Source of the DNA: Rhizobiaceae bacterium
GTDB lineage: Bacteria; Pseudomonadota; Alphaproteobacteria; Rhizobiales; Rhizobiaceae
Direction of reading: 5' to 3'
Assembly (NCBI GenBank): GCA_028281105.1
Contig: JANQKQ010000067.1
Location: 3,200 to 67,199, forward strand
Length of the DNA: 64,000 nt
Part shown: positions 1-10,342 of the stretch, piece after piece
Layout: every line of letters starts with the position of its first letter
How positions within the stretch are numbered: position 1 is the first letter of the stretch
Notes under the pieces: generated by a model
Told to the model about the DNA's origin: nothing
The model's input: only the letters and a program-made list of their open reading frames with translations
Databases searched by the model: none
Program-made: the position numbers and the translations under genes

Positions 1-1252
<1,252 letters not shown>

Positions 1253-1256
<4 letters not shown>

Positions 1257-2962
1257 GGGAACAGGCCGTGCATGTACCATTTCGGCGCGGCCGTCTCGCG
1301 GCCGTAAAGACCGTGGCGGAACAGCCAGAAGCGGTAGCCTTCATCGTCCTCGACGCGGAAATAATCGCGTGAATGGGCGGCCCGGCCGTCGCGCCACCAT
1401 TCGCAGGCGATCCGTTCGGGCCCTTCGCAGCGTTCGACCCGGTAGAGCGCTTTGCGCCAGCGGAACCGGGTGGGCGGGCCTTCGGGCACGGCGGCAATCA
1501 CATCGATCATCTCCGGCCGTGTCAGCAGCAGGATCGGCCGGGTGAGAGGGTCGGCTTCGGGGGACATAATTTGATCTATCTCACGGCACTTCCTCGCTGC
1601 GCTCGGGCCTGCGATGGCGCGGCCTGACCGGCCGGCGCGCGTTCGCGCTTGCGAACCCTTCGGGTTCGATGTTTCTCCTACAAGGGCGGCGGAAGCGATC
1701 GGGGCCAGGGCGAAGGTGCGTTCGGGGATGTGGGTGTCGGCACGGTGGAAGCACATGACGCGATCCGGCCCGAGCCGGGCGCCCAGCCGGTCGACGAGCG
1801 CGTGATAGGTTTCCCGTTCGCTGCGGTCGTCGACCAGATCGATTTGGGAGGCGTCGAGCCTGTCGCTGGCGGTAACATCGAGGCGCACCAAATCGAAGCC
1901 GAAACCGACATCGAGATCATCGTGCAGGCCGGCGATGCGCTCGCGGAACAGACCGGTGATGCGGATCGGATCGCGCAAGGGCGCGGCGGTGCGCACCGCC
2001 AGCCGCAATTGTTCGCCGTCGACGCGGAACAGTTTCAGTTCCAGGGACCGCGCACCCATCCCACGCTTTTCCAGCATCGACTCCAGGTGATGGGCGAGAT
2101 GGGCAATCGTGCGCTCGATATCCTCGGCCATGCAGATGAGATCGGCGAATTTACGCTCGTAAGAGAGTTCGGCCACCGGTTGGTGCGGGCAGATGGCTTC
2201 CTTTTCGCGACCGAGCGCCTGGTCGAGACGGCGTAACAGCAAAGCCCCGAACCGGGCCGCCAACGGCGCGCGCGGCAGATCGGCGATGCAGCCGATGGTG
2301 CGCAGTCCCACCTGTTTCAGCGCCAGCACCGTTTCATGGTCGATGCGCAGGCCGGTAAGCGGCAGCGGCGCAATCGCCCGGTCAGTCCCGCCATCGGGAA
2401 CGATCGCCGCGCCCTGCCCGCCATAACGGGCCACCGCCCAGGCCCCGCCCGGCGTATCGGCGACCGCCGCGCGAGCGGCGATGCCCTGGGCGGTAAGCCG
2501 TATCAACAGGTCCTCGACCAACCGCGCCTCGCCGCCGAACAGATGGGCGCAACCGGTGATGTCGAGAAACAGGCCGGCAAAACCGTCAAGCGCCACCAAG
2601 GGGGTATAGCGTTCGCACCAACCGGCGATCGATTCGAGCAGCGTCTTGTCGCGGCCGTCGTCCTCGTCCACCACTTCGAGAGCCGGGACCAGCGCGCGCG
2701 CATCGGCCAGGGTCTGGCCGACATAAAGTCCGATCGCCTCGGCCATCTCGTCCAACGCCACCAGCCGCACCGCGTTTCTGACCCTGGCGACGATGACAAT
2801 CGGTGCCGGGGCAGCCTGCGTCTGCGACGATGACCTACCCGGCTCGTTGGAGCGGCCATCGGTGCGCCATGTGCGACCCCATCTGGCCCGGGCGACGCGG
2901 TCGGTCGAAAGCGTGGGCAGCACGATCGAGACGATCCTCTGCCTGGGATGGTTGGGGCGCAT
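1253..2962 (-). CDS. imuB: ImuB, Y-family-polymerase-like SOS mutagenesis protein
   Basis: ORF 1253..3061. Start moved to ATG 2962 ([23 protein letters not shown]...). Y-family-like N-terminal half and a C-terminal [12 protein letters not shown]...[11 protein letters not shown] tail typical of ImuB. Lies between imuA and dnaE2. Confidence 0.85.
1621..1690. repeat. Copy A of a roughly 70-100 bp GTTCG/CGAAC hairpin repeat, lying inside the imuB reading frame
   Basis: 1621-1668 matches 63721-63768 at 41 of 48 ungapped positions (manual count). This includes an identical 21-mer, cttgcgaacccttcgggttcg (1648-1668 = 63748-63768). The core folds as CGAACCC-TTC-GGGTTCG. Confidence 0.7.
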
Positions 2963-3722
2963 ACTCGAACCTCTTGTGATTGTGATCCCATGCGATCGGC
3001 CACTGCCCCGTGCGACCGTTGCGATTGCGTTCCAAGGTGACCGACAACCGCGCCTGCCCAAGGCCGCGCGCCAGATTATCGGGGCGATCTGAAACCAGCG
3101 GCTTCACATGCCAGCGGGTCGCCGCCGCGGTGGCCTCCTCCTCGCCGCTGTGGCGCAGGATGATGCTCAATACGCCGCTGGCGCGCGAACGCAGCATCAG
3201 CCGCCGTGTCGCCGTCATATCGAGCGCACCCGGATTGCCCTTCACGTGCAGGATCGCCGCGGCCAGATCGTTGCAGCGGGCCGCCTCGTCCGCCGTCCAC
3301 AACGCATCGGTCAGGCGCATGGGCCTGACCATAGTGAATGCAGTCGGATCGAGGCCCCACTCCTCCAGTCCGCACGGATAAAGCCCGCCGTCATCGGCCG
3401 CCGCCGCCGGATCGGTGATCCAGACGATCGCGTTGCCTTGACGGGCGGCCCTTTCATCGGCATGGCGGCGCGCCAGCAGGCCCAGGATGAAGCCGGCCGC
3501 GCTGCCCACATCGCGCGCCAGCGAACAGCGCACCTCGTGCAATGAACCGGCTTGCCGGTCGCTCGCAATGGCGTCGTTGAGGATTTCGGCGATGGAAGAA
3601 TCCTGGGTAACGACAAGCGGCGCATCCGCGCGTGATCCGTTCTTCTGGGCGAAGCTTTCGCCCTCGCCGCCCAGCAAGGTACGTAGCGAAGCGAAGGCCT
3701 GTGCCTTCGACGACGCGTCCAT
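2835..3722 (-). CDS. imuA: ImuA, SOS cell-division-inhibitor/RecA-like mutagenesis protein
   Basis: ORF 2835..3890, with an ImuA-like core ...AGSLHEVRCSLARDVGSAAGFILGLLAR.... I prefer ATG 3722 (MDASSKAQAFASLR..., AAGGG 5 nt upstream) because 3730-3774 is a near-perfect palindrome and unlikely to be coding. GTG 3890 is the alternative start. First gene of the cassette. Confidence 0.75.
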   Translation of the reverse strand: MDASSKAQAFASLRTLLGGEGESFAQKNGSRADAPLVVTQDSSIAEILNDAIASDRQAGSLHEVRCSLARDVGSAAGFILGLLARRHADERAARQGNAIVWITDPAAAADDGGLYPCGLEEWGLDPTAFTMVRPMRLTDALWTADEAARCNDLAAAILHVKGNPGALDMTATRRLMLRSRASGVLSIILRHSGEEEATAAATRWHVKPLVSDRPDNLARGLGQARLSVTLERNRNGRTGQWPIAWDHNHKRFEYAPQPSQAEDRLDRAAHAFDRPRRPGQMGSHMAHRWPLQRAG

Positions 3723-3729
3723 AGAGGCC

Positions 3730-3774
3730 CTTAGAGCCTGTTCGGTTTTGATTAAATCAAAACCGGGCTCTAAG
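3730..3774 (-). promoter_or_regulatory. 45-nt imperfect palindrome/hairpin in the imuA leader
   Basis: CTTAGAGCC-tgttc-GGTTTTGATT-a-AATCAAAACC-g-GGCTCTAAG. Arms of 9 and 10 bp are perfectly complementary. Located between the LexA box and ATG 3722. Confidence 0.45.
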
Positions 3775-3920
3775 TCTTTGTTCTTGCGCACATCCGGACG
3801 GATAACCGGTGTCCACTTATCCTGGATGTGCTCTAATGGCGTTTGGGGTAGCGCCATCGCTGATGCCGATAGGTTTGAAGCCGGTTGCACGCGATACTCC
3901 CGGTCTTATAGGATTTGTAT

Positions 3921-3935
3921 GTTCCTGTTTTGTTC
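3921..3935. promoter_or_regulatory. Alphaproteobacterial LexA (SOS) box
   Basis: GTTCctgttttGTTC is an exact GTTC-N7-GTTC direct repeat (GAAC-N7-GAAC on the gene strand), about 30 nt upstream of the longest imuA ORF. Confidence 0.8.
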
Positions 3936-3986
3936 TAAGATAGATTTGCAATCGAGCGGAGTCAAGACAATGGCGTCGGCGGGAGT

Positions 3987-5207
3987 TTACGCCTCTGGAT
4001 GATCCGCGCCCAGCAGTTCATCCAAAACTTCGTCGGTGTGTTCGCCGCACAGGGGCGGGTGCCGGCGGTAGGTCACCGGACTGGCGGCGAATTTCACCGG
4101 GTTGCCGATGAGATCGACCTTGCCGGAACCGGCCAGCGGATGGGGGACCGATATCTTCATTTCGCGCGCGGCGACCTGTTCGCTGGCGAAGACTTCCGGC
4201 AGCGTGTGGATCGCGCCGCCGGGCACCTTGCGCGCCTCCAGGGCGGCGACCAGATCGGCTTTGTCCATCCTGGCGACGGCCGCGGCCAATATCGGCACCA
4301 GCTCCGCCCGGTTTCTAACCCGCATCCGGTTGGTGGCGAATTTTTCATCGCCCGCCAGGCCGGGCAGCGAAAGCGCGTCGCAGAAACGAGCGAACTGGGC
4401 ATCGTTGCCGGCGGCGACGATCACATGGCCGTCGGCGGCCTGAAACACCTGATAAGGCACGATGTTGGGATGCTGGTTGCCGCTGCGCCGCGGAGCTTCA
4501 CCGGAGGTGAGATAATTGGTGCCCTGATTGGTGAGCCACGAGACCTGGGTGTCGGCCAGCGAGATGTCGATGTGCTGGCCTTCGCCGGTGCGATCGCGGT
4601 GGCGCAGCGCGGCCAGGACCGCGGTCGCCGCATACATGCCGCACATGATGTCGGCGATGGCCACGCCCACCTTCATCGGCTCGCCGTCGGGCTCGCCGGT
4701 CAGGCTCATGATACCACCCGACGCCTGGACCAGCAGGTCGTAGCCGGGCAGGTGCGCGTTCGGCCCGGTATGGCCGAAGCCGGTGATCGAGCAGTAGATA
4801 AGGCCCGGATTGAGGCCGAGCAGGGTCTTATGGTCCAGTCCGTATTTGTCGAGCCCGCCGGTCTTGAAATTCTCCACCACGATATCGCAGCGCCGCGCCA
4901 GCGCACGCACGGTGTCGGCCCCCTCCCGCGTCGAGATATCGATCGCCACCGAACGCTTGTTGCGGTTGGCGGACAGATAATAGGCGCTTTCGCTAGTCGG
5001 ATCGCCATCGCTGCCGGTCACATAGGGCGGCCCCCAGGATCGGGTGTCGTCGCCTGTGCCTGGCCGCTCAACCTTGATGATGTCGGCGCCATAATCGCCC
5101 AACAACTGGGTGCAGAAAGGCCCGGCCAGAACGCGCGACAAATCGAGCACGCGAATACCTGCAAGCGGTCCGGTTTCGCCCGATGGCGTTCCTTGATCGG
5201 TTTTCAT
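3987..5207 (-). CDS. Family III CoA-transferase (CaiB/BaiF type)
   Basis: ORF 3987..5246. LAGIRVLDLSRVLAGPFCTQLLGDYGADIIKVERPGTGDDTRSWGPP is the family III CoA-transferase N-terminal signature. Start set to ATG 5207 (MKTDQ), 7 nt after AGGGGA. Confidence 0.85.
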   Translation of the reverse strand: MKTDQGTPSGETGPLAGIRVLDLSRVLAGPFCTQLLGDYGADIIKVERPGTGDDTRSWGPPYVTGSDGDPTSESAYYLSANRNKRSVAIDISTREGADTVRALARRCDIVVENFKTGGLDKYGLDHKTLLGLNPGLIYCSITGFGHTGPNAHLPGYDLLVQASGGIMSLTGEPDGEPMKVGVAIADIMCGMYAATAVLAALRHRDRTGEGQHIDISLADTQVSWLTNQGTNYLTSGEAPRRSGNQHPNIVPYQVFQAADGHVIVAAGNDAQFARFCDALSLPGLAGDEKFATNRMRVRNRAELVPILAAAVARMDKADLVAALEARKVPGGAIHTLPEVFASEQVAAREMKISVPHPLAGSGKVDLIGNPVKFAASPVTYRRHPPLCGEHTDEVLDELLGADHPEA

Positions 5208-5382
5208 GCCCATATCCCCTGGCCTGCTTCGGCGGATGGTGGGCAAACCCGGTTCACCGCGCCGTCAATGCCCGCTCAGCGAAAATAGGTGGGCATCGAG
5301 CGATTGCCAAACGCAAAGATGGCTGTTGAAATCGACGCCGATGCGGGGCCATACACGCGGCCAACGCGCAGGAGAGGCGAAA

Positions 5383-5871
5383 ATGCTGGTCACCAAGCAA
5401 AGTCACCTGGACGATTGGTTCGAACGGGCCGTCCAGGACCCGCAGACGCGACGATGGATGTCCCCTAAATCGGTCCTCATTCCACCCAAGGTCGGGGCCG
5501 ATACCTGGGATGCGATGCATTTTCTCGTCGGCGACGCGCTGGTCAGCCTGCGGTTCGATCGTGCTTTGATGGAAGCGTCCATCGCCATGTACAATTGCGG
5601 CAAGGTGGCGGACGGCGCCGTGGCGTTGGAGGAGGCATTGCAGATCGGCTACAAGTCCGGCCTGTGGCGGGCGCTGCGCTCGGCCTGCTGCGTCACCAAC
5701 GAGCGTTCGATGAAGGTCAACCGGAAGGTGTTCGGCGATCCGTGGGGAATTTCCGAACGTTCGGCCTGGGACGCCGGTTTGAGCGAGTGGGTCGACGAGG
5801 CGCATTACAGGCGCATGCGCGAGACCTTCTCCATCGACGATCTGCAAGGCCTGTTCGGCGGTAGCCGTTAG
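5383..5871 (+). CDS. Hypothetical protein (162 aa)
   Basis: In-frame part of ORF 5206..5871, starting at ATG 5383 behind GGAGAGG. No family recognised by eye. Confidence 0.55.
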   Translation: MLVTKQSHLDDWFERAVQDPQTRRWMSPKSVLIPPKVGADTWDAMHFLVGDALVSLRFDRALMEASIAMYNCGKVADGAVALEEALQIGYKSGLWRALRSACCVTNERSMKVNRKVFGDPWGISERSAWDAGLSEWVDEAHYRRMRETFSIDDLQGLFGGSR

Positions 5872-5907
5872 CACAGGCGCCGACGGGAAAGCCAATCCGG
5901 ACATGCG

Positions 5908-7206
5908 ATGAGCGCGCCCATGTACACGCATCCGTTCTGGTGGGATGAGGTCGAGGCACCCCGACCCACCGGTGCCAGCATGCCCGCCACTTGCGATACC
6001 CTCGTGGTCGGCTCTGGCTATACAGGACTGTCGGCGGCGATCGAGCTCGCCGGCGCCGGCCACGGCGTGGTAGTGGTCGATGCCGAGCGGATCGGCCACG
6101 GCGCCAGTTCGCGCAATGGCGGCATGATCGGCGCCGGCCATCGGCTGTCGATATTCGATCTGAGCAAGCGATACGGACCTGAAGCGGCGCGCGCCATCCT
6201 GCAGGAGGGCGAGAACGCGCTGGCGTTCGCGGTCGATCTGATCGAAACTCATGGACTCCAGTGCGATTTTGCCCGCACCGGCCGGCTGCTGTCGGCGTGT
6301 ACGTCCAAGCAGTTCCGCACGCTGGCCGATCAACTGGAGGCGCTTCGGGAGGAGACCGAGCTCGACGCCGAACCGGTTCCGGCGTCGGTGATGGGCCGGC
6401 AGATCGCCACCGAGTTCTACCACGGCGGCATCCTCTATCGTCATCACGGCGGGCTGCAGCCGGCCAAGTTCCACGCCGAACTGGCGCGGCTTGCGGCCGA
6501 GCGTGGCGCGGTAATGATCGAAAAAACAGCGGTAACGGGCGTTCGCGGTCATTCGGGAGATTTCCACGTCGATACCGCCAGCGGCGAGATCGCCTGCAAG
6601 AACGTGCTGTTCGCCACCAACGGCTACACCCCACCCGCCTTCGGCTGGCTGCGCGCGCGGCTGGTGCCGATCTACTCGTACATCATCGCGACCGAGGAAC
6701 TGGGCGGCGATACCGTCAAGCGTCTGTTCCCCGGAGGGCGGATGATGGTGGAGACCCGGCCCTTGCACGGTTACTATCGTCCCTCGCCGGACGGCAAGCG
6801 GATCATCTTCGGCGGCCGCGCCGCGCTTGGCGCCATCGAGCCCGCCACCGCCGCGCGCCGTCTCAAACATGCTCTCGTCGAGCTGTTTGCGGAACTGGCC
6901 GATGTGAAAATCACCCACTGCTGGAGCGGAAGAGTGTGTTTCACGCGCGAAATGATGCCGCGTTTCGGCGTGGCGAACGGCATCCACTACGCTGCGGGCT
7001 ATGGCGGCTCGGGGGTGGCGATGGCGCCTTATCTGGGCCACCTGGCGGCCAGGGCGGTGCTGGGCGAGGACTTCACCGCCAATCCGCTTCATTCCACGCC
7101 GTTGCGCGCGGTGCCGTTCAACGTGCGCACGCCGTCCGGGGTTCCCTGGTTCGCGCCGTTCATGGATCTGTGGCGCACCGTGAACGGCCGCTTCAGCCGC
7201 GATTAA
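5908..7206 (+). CDS. FAD-dependent oxidoreductase (DadA / amine-oxidase-like)
   Basis: 432-aa ORF. Dinucleotide-binding motif VVGSGYTGLSAAIELAGAGHGVVVVD followed by GASSRNGG. Confidence 0.85.
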   Translation: MSAPMYTHPFWWDEVEAPRPTGASMPATCDTLVVGSGYTGLSAAIELAGAGHGVVVVDAERIGHGASSRNGGMIGAGHRLSIFDLSKRYGPEAARAILQEGENALAFAVDLIETHGLQCDFARTGRLLSACTSKQFRTLADQLEALREETELDAEPVPASVMGRQIATEFYHGGILYRHHGGLQPAKFHAELARLAAERGAVMIEKTAVTGVRGHSGDFHVDTASGEIACKNVLFATNGYTPPAFGWLRARLVPIYSYIIATEELGGDTVKRLFPGGRMMVETRPLHGYYRPSPDGKRIIFGGRAALGAIEPATAARRLKHALVELFAELADVKITHCWSGRVCFTREMMPRFGVANGIHYAAGYGGSGVAMAPYLGHLAARAVLGEDFTANPLHSTPLRAVPFNVRTPSGVPWFAPFMDLWRTVNGRFSRD

Positions 7207-7320
7207 CCATCGCCGCGGCCGCCCGGCAAAAGACATCTTGCCGCGTTGTAATTTGCGCCATTCAGGCCGATGTAGGAGCCGACTGTTTAGTTCGCGCAAA
7301 TGTTTCAAAGGAGCAGAGAC

Positions 7321-7791
7321 ATGAAGCCGGCAATTATTGCGCTTTCCGCCATTCTCGCGGCAGGCTTTACGGCGCCGGCCTTCGCCGAGGCCGACCTCAA
7401 GCGGGGCGAGCGGGTTTTCCGCAAATGCAAGGCATGCCACCAGGTGGGCGAGGAAGCCAAGCATAAGACCGGTCCGCTCCTCAACGACATCTTCGGCCGA
7501 GCAGCGGGGACCATGGAAGGCTTTGAGAACAAATATTCCAACGCGATGAAGGAAGCCGGCGCGGAAGGCCTGATATGGACCGAGGAGACGCTCGGCGAAT
7601 ATCTGGTCAAGCCGAAGAAGTTCATTCCCAAGACCAAGATGAGTTTCGCCGGCATAAAGAAGGAAGACGACATCGCCAATCTGATGGGCTATCTGCTGCA
7701 GTTCTCCCCGGACTATGTGGCCGGTGGCGGCGAAGAAGCCGACGGCGAGGAAGGCGATCAGGAAGGCGCGAGCGAGCAGACCGACAGCTAG
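7321..7791 (+). CDS. Class I c-type cytochrome (c2/c550-like) with acidic C-terminal tail
   Basis: Signal peptide MKPAIIALSAILAAGFTAPAFA, haem motif CKACH, distal Met region KTKMSFAG, tail GGGEEADGEEGDQEGASEQTDS. AAAGGAG precedes ATG 7321. Confidence 0.85.
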   Translation: MKPAIIALSAILAAGFTAPAFAEADLKRGERVFRKCKACHQVGEEAKHKTGPLLNDIFGRAAGTMEGFENKYSNAMKEAGAEGLIWTEETLGEYLVKPKKFIPKTKMSFAGIKKEDDIANLMGYLLQFSPDYVAGGGEEADGEEGDQEGASEQTDS

Positions 7792-7819
7792 GTTCGGCCC
7801 GCGCTTCGCGTACGGATCG

Positions 7820-8215
7820 ATGATTGTTTGCCAATGTAACGTATTGCTGGAGCGCGAGATCGAGGAAACGATTCTGGCGCTGCTGATGGACGACCCGTGG
7901 CAGCTCGTCGTGCCCAGCCGCGTCTATCATGCCATGGGCAAACGTGGCCGCTGTTGTCAGTGCTTTCCGGCGGTCGTGTCGGTCATTCTGCGGGTGATGG
8001 ATGACCTGTGTCACTCCGATAATTCACATTCGGGTCTTGCTCCTGCGCTGGAAATGCGGATGATGGAACTTAAGAATCATTCTAATGTAGGTCTCGGCGC
8101 CAGGGGCGACATGTCCCATCGCCGGCCAAAGCTGAAGGAGCGGCGTCATGAAAGGCGACAAGGCGGTCATCGAATGTCTCAACGAAGCGCTCAAGCACGA
8201 GCTCGGCGCGGTTAA
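7820..8215 (+). CDS. bfd: Bacterioferritin-associated ferredoxin (Bfd) with unusual C-terminal extension
   Basis: [18 protein letters not shown]...[13 protein letters not shown] carries the four-Cys Bfd [2Fe-2S] pattern. The frame stays open to 8215 and overlaps the bfr start by 68 nt. Confidence 0.7.
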   Translation: MIVCQCNVLLEREIEETILALLMDDPWQLVVPSRVYHAMGKRGRCCQCFPAVVSVILRVMDDLCHSDNSHSGLAPALEMRMMELKNHSNVGLGARGDMSHRRPKLKERRHERRQGGHRMSQRSAQARARRG

Positions 8216-8636
8216 CCAGTACTGGCTGCACTACCGTCTGTTGGAAGACTGGGGCCTTACCCGGCTTGCCAAGAAGGAACGCGAAGAATCGATCGAGGAG
8301 ATGCAGCACGCCGACAAGCTGGTGGAGCGCATCATCTTCCTCGAAGGCCACCCCAACCTCCAGGTCATCGGCGCGCTGCGCATCGGCCAGAACGTCAAGG
8401 AAGTGCTGGAAGCCGATCTGGCCGGCGAATATGACGCGCGCACGCTGTATCGCGACTCGCGGGTGCTGTGCCAGAAGAAGGGCGATTTCGTTTCCATGAA
8501 CCTGTTCGAGGAACTGCTGGCGGACGAGGAAGGCCATATCGACTTCCTGGAGACCCAGCTCGATCTGCTCGAAGAGATCGGCGTGGAGCGCTACAGCCTG
8601 CTGCAGGCCGATCCGGCCAACGAAGCCGAAGACTGA
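8148..8636 (+). CDS. bfr: Bacterioferritin
   Basis: [37 protein letters not shown]...[22 protein letters not shown], a classic Bfr sequence of 162 aa. Confidence 0.95.
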   Translation: MKGDKAVIECLNEALKHELGAVNQYWLHYRLLEDWGLTRLAKKEREESIEEMQHADKLVERIIFLEGHPNLQVIGALRIGQNVKEVLEADLAGEYDARTLYRDSRVLCQKKGDFVSMNLFEELLADEEGHIDFLETQLDLLEEIGVERYSLLQADPANEAED

Positions 8637-8722
8637 GCGACGCCGACCGGGTACTGCGCGGCGACCCTTGTCCGGCCGGGACCGGCTGGTAGAGTGGCCG
8701 GCCGATCAACCGGACCGCCGCT

Positions 8723-9346
8723 ATGGCCGAAAAGCCAAAAGACCATGATCACAGCCATCTGTCGGACACGGAGCTGCGCGTGCGCGCGCTGGAGTCGCTG
8801 CTGACGGAAAAGGGCTATATCGATCCGGCCGCTCTCGACGAAATCGTCGAGACCTATGAGACCAGGATCGGGCCGCGAAACGGCGCCCAGGTGGTGGCGG
8901 CCGCCTGGACCGACCCCGATTATCTGACCCGCCTGCGCGAAGACGCCACCGCCGCGATCGCCGAACTGGGTTTCACCGGCCGCCAGGGCGAGCACATGCG
9001 CATCGTCGAGAATGCGCCGGACACCCACAATATGGTCGTGTGCACCTTATGCTCATGCTATCCGTGGTCCGTGCTCGGCCTGCCGCCGGTATGGTACAAG
9101 TCGCCGGCCTATCGCTCGCGCGCGGTCAGCGAACCGCGGGCGGTGCTCGCGGAGTTCGGTGTCGAACTGCCCGCGGACAAGCGCATCCGGGTTTGGGATT
9201 CGACTGCCGAGGTGCGCTATCTGGTCATACCGGAACGGCCGGCCGGCACCGATGGGTGGGATCGCGACGCGCTCGCCCAATTGGTTACCCGCGATTCGAT
9301 GATCGGGACGGGACTGGCGCTCGATCCCGGTGAGTTAGGCGGCTAG
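8723..9346 (+). CDS. nthA: Nitrile hydratase alpha subunit, cobalt type
   Basis: Metal-site motif [10 protein letters not shown] (Thr at the position that is Ser in Fe-type enzymes). 207 aa. Confidence 0.9.
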   Translation: MAEKPKDHDHSHLSDTELRVRALESLLTEKGYIDPAALDEIVETYETRIGPRNGAQVVAAAWTDPDYLTRLREDATAAIAELGFTGRQGEHMRIVENAPDTHNMVVCTLCSCYPWSVLGLPPVWYKSPAYRSRAVSEPRAVLAEFGVELPADKRIRVWDSTAEVRYLVIPERPAGTDGWDRDALAQLVTRDSMIGTGLALDPGELGG

Positions 9347-9348
9347 CA

Positions 9349-9999
9349 GTGAACGGCCCCCACGACATGGGCGGCATGCAGTGCTACGGGCCGGTGGTGC
9401 CCGAGGTGGACGAGCCGGTCTTCCACGCCGAATGGGAAAAGCGCGCCCTGGCGCTGACCGTGGCCATGGGTTTCTGCGGTGTGTGGAACATCGACAAGTC
9501 CCGCTTCGCCCGCGAGCGCATCGCGCCGGCGCAATATCTGTCTTCGAGCTACTATCAGATCTGGATCGCCGGCCTTGAACGGCTGTTGGCCGAAAACGGG
9601 CTGGCGACGAACGAGGAACTGGCAAGCGGCAGGGCGAGCGAACCGGCCAGCACCGTCAAACGTGTGTTGACCGGCGGCGACGTCGCCGCCGCGTTGGCAG
9701 CCGGCAGCCCGGTCGAACGCCAGGCGACGACCAAACCGAAATTCGCCGTCGGCGATACCGTCACCACCGGTAACTCCAGCCCGCAAGGGCACACACGCCT
9801 GCCGCGCTATGCGCGCGGGCGGACCGGTGTGATCGAGGCGGTGCATGGGGTGCATGTGTTTCCCGACGCCAACGCCGCCGGCGAGGGCGAACAGCCGCAC
9901 TGGCTCTATGCGGTGCGCTTCGAAGGCGTCGAGCTGTTCGGGCCCGGCAACGACCAGCAGGTCGTTGTCGACTGCTGGGAGCCGTATCTTGAAAGCTGA
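9349..9999 (+). CDS. nthB: Nitrile hydratase beta subunit
   Basis: GTG start 3 nt after the nthA stop. MNGPHDMGGMQCYGPV...FHAEWEKRALAL is the canonical beta-subunit N-terminus. Confidence 0.9.
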   Translation: MNGPHDMGGMQCYGPVVPEVDEPVFHAEWEKRALALTVAMGFCGVWNIDKSRFARERIAPAQYLSSSYYQIWIAGLERLLAENGLATNEELASGRASEPASTVKRVLTGGDVAAALAAGSPVERQATTKPKFAVGDTVTTGNSSPQGHTRLPRYARGRTGVIEAVHGVHVFPDANAAGEGEQPHWLYAVRFEGVELFGPGNDQQVVVDCWEPYLES

Positions 10000-10342
10000 A
10001 GACGACCTGCTCGCCGCCGTCGACACGATCCCGCGCGATGAGGATGGGCCGGCGTTTAGCGAACCCTGGGAGGCACAGGCCTTCGCCATGGCTGTCTGCC
10101 TGAATGCACGTGGTCTTTTTACCTGGAATGAATGGGCCAAGACCCTAGGCGCCGTGATCAACGCCGATGACGGCCGCACACCGGCGCGGGACTACTATCT
10201 GCTTTGGCTGACGGCGCTGGAACGCATCGTGTGCGAGGAAAGCGAACTTGCCGCTCAAGACCTTGCCCGACGAAAGCATGCCTGGGCCGAAGCAGCGGCG
10301 CGAACGCCGCATGGAAAGGCGGTCGAACTGCCTGCACGATAG
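9989..10342 (+). CDS. Nitrile hydratase accessory (activator/metallochaperone) protein
   Basis: C-terminal part of ORF 9845..10342. FSEPWEAQAFAMAVCLNARGLFTWNEWAKTLG resembles the beta-subunit-like accessory proteins. Probable TTG start at 9989, overlapping the nthB stop; exact start uncertain. Confidence 0.7.
   Translation: MKAEDDLLAAVDTIPRDEDGPAFSEPWEAQAFAMAVCLNARGLFTWNEWAKTLGAVINADDGRTPARDYYLLWLTALERIVCEESELAAQDLARRKHAWAEAAARTPHGKAVELPAR

Noticed and set aside
7226-7296. 8-bp inverted repeat ATTTGCGC...GCGCAAAT upstream of the cytochrome c gene, as a possible FixK/FNR-type site
   Set aside because: The arms are 35 nt apart and do not match TTGAT-N4-ATCAA. Too weak.
5254-7464. 736-aa minus-strand ORF spanning the hypothetical gene, the FAD oxidoreductase and part of the cytochrome c gene
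   Set aside because: Arg/Gly/Ala/Pro-rich shadow ORF antisense to genes with clear family motifs. This is the usual high-GC artefact. The same applies to the other long antisense ORFs: 303-1190(+), 3999-5288(+), 21065-22807(-), 27300-28409(+), 36128-37663(+), 50196-51800(+), 53778-54998(-), 60770-61807(+) and 62779-63816(+).
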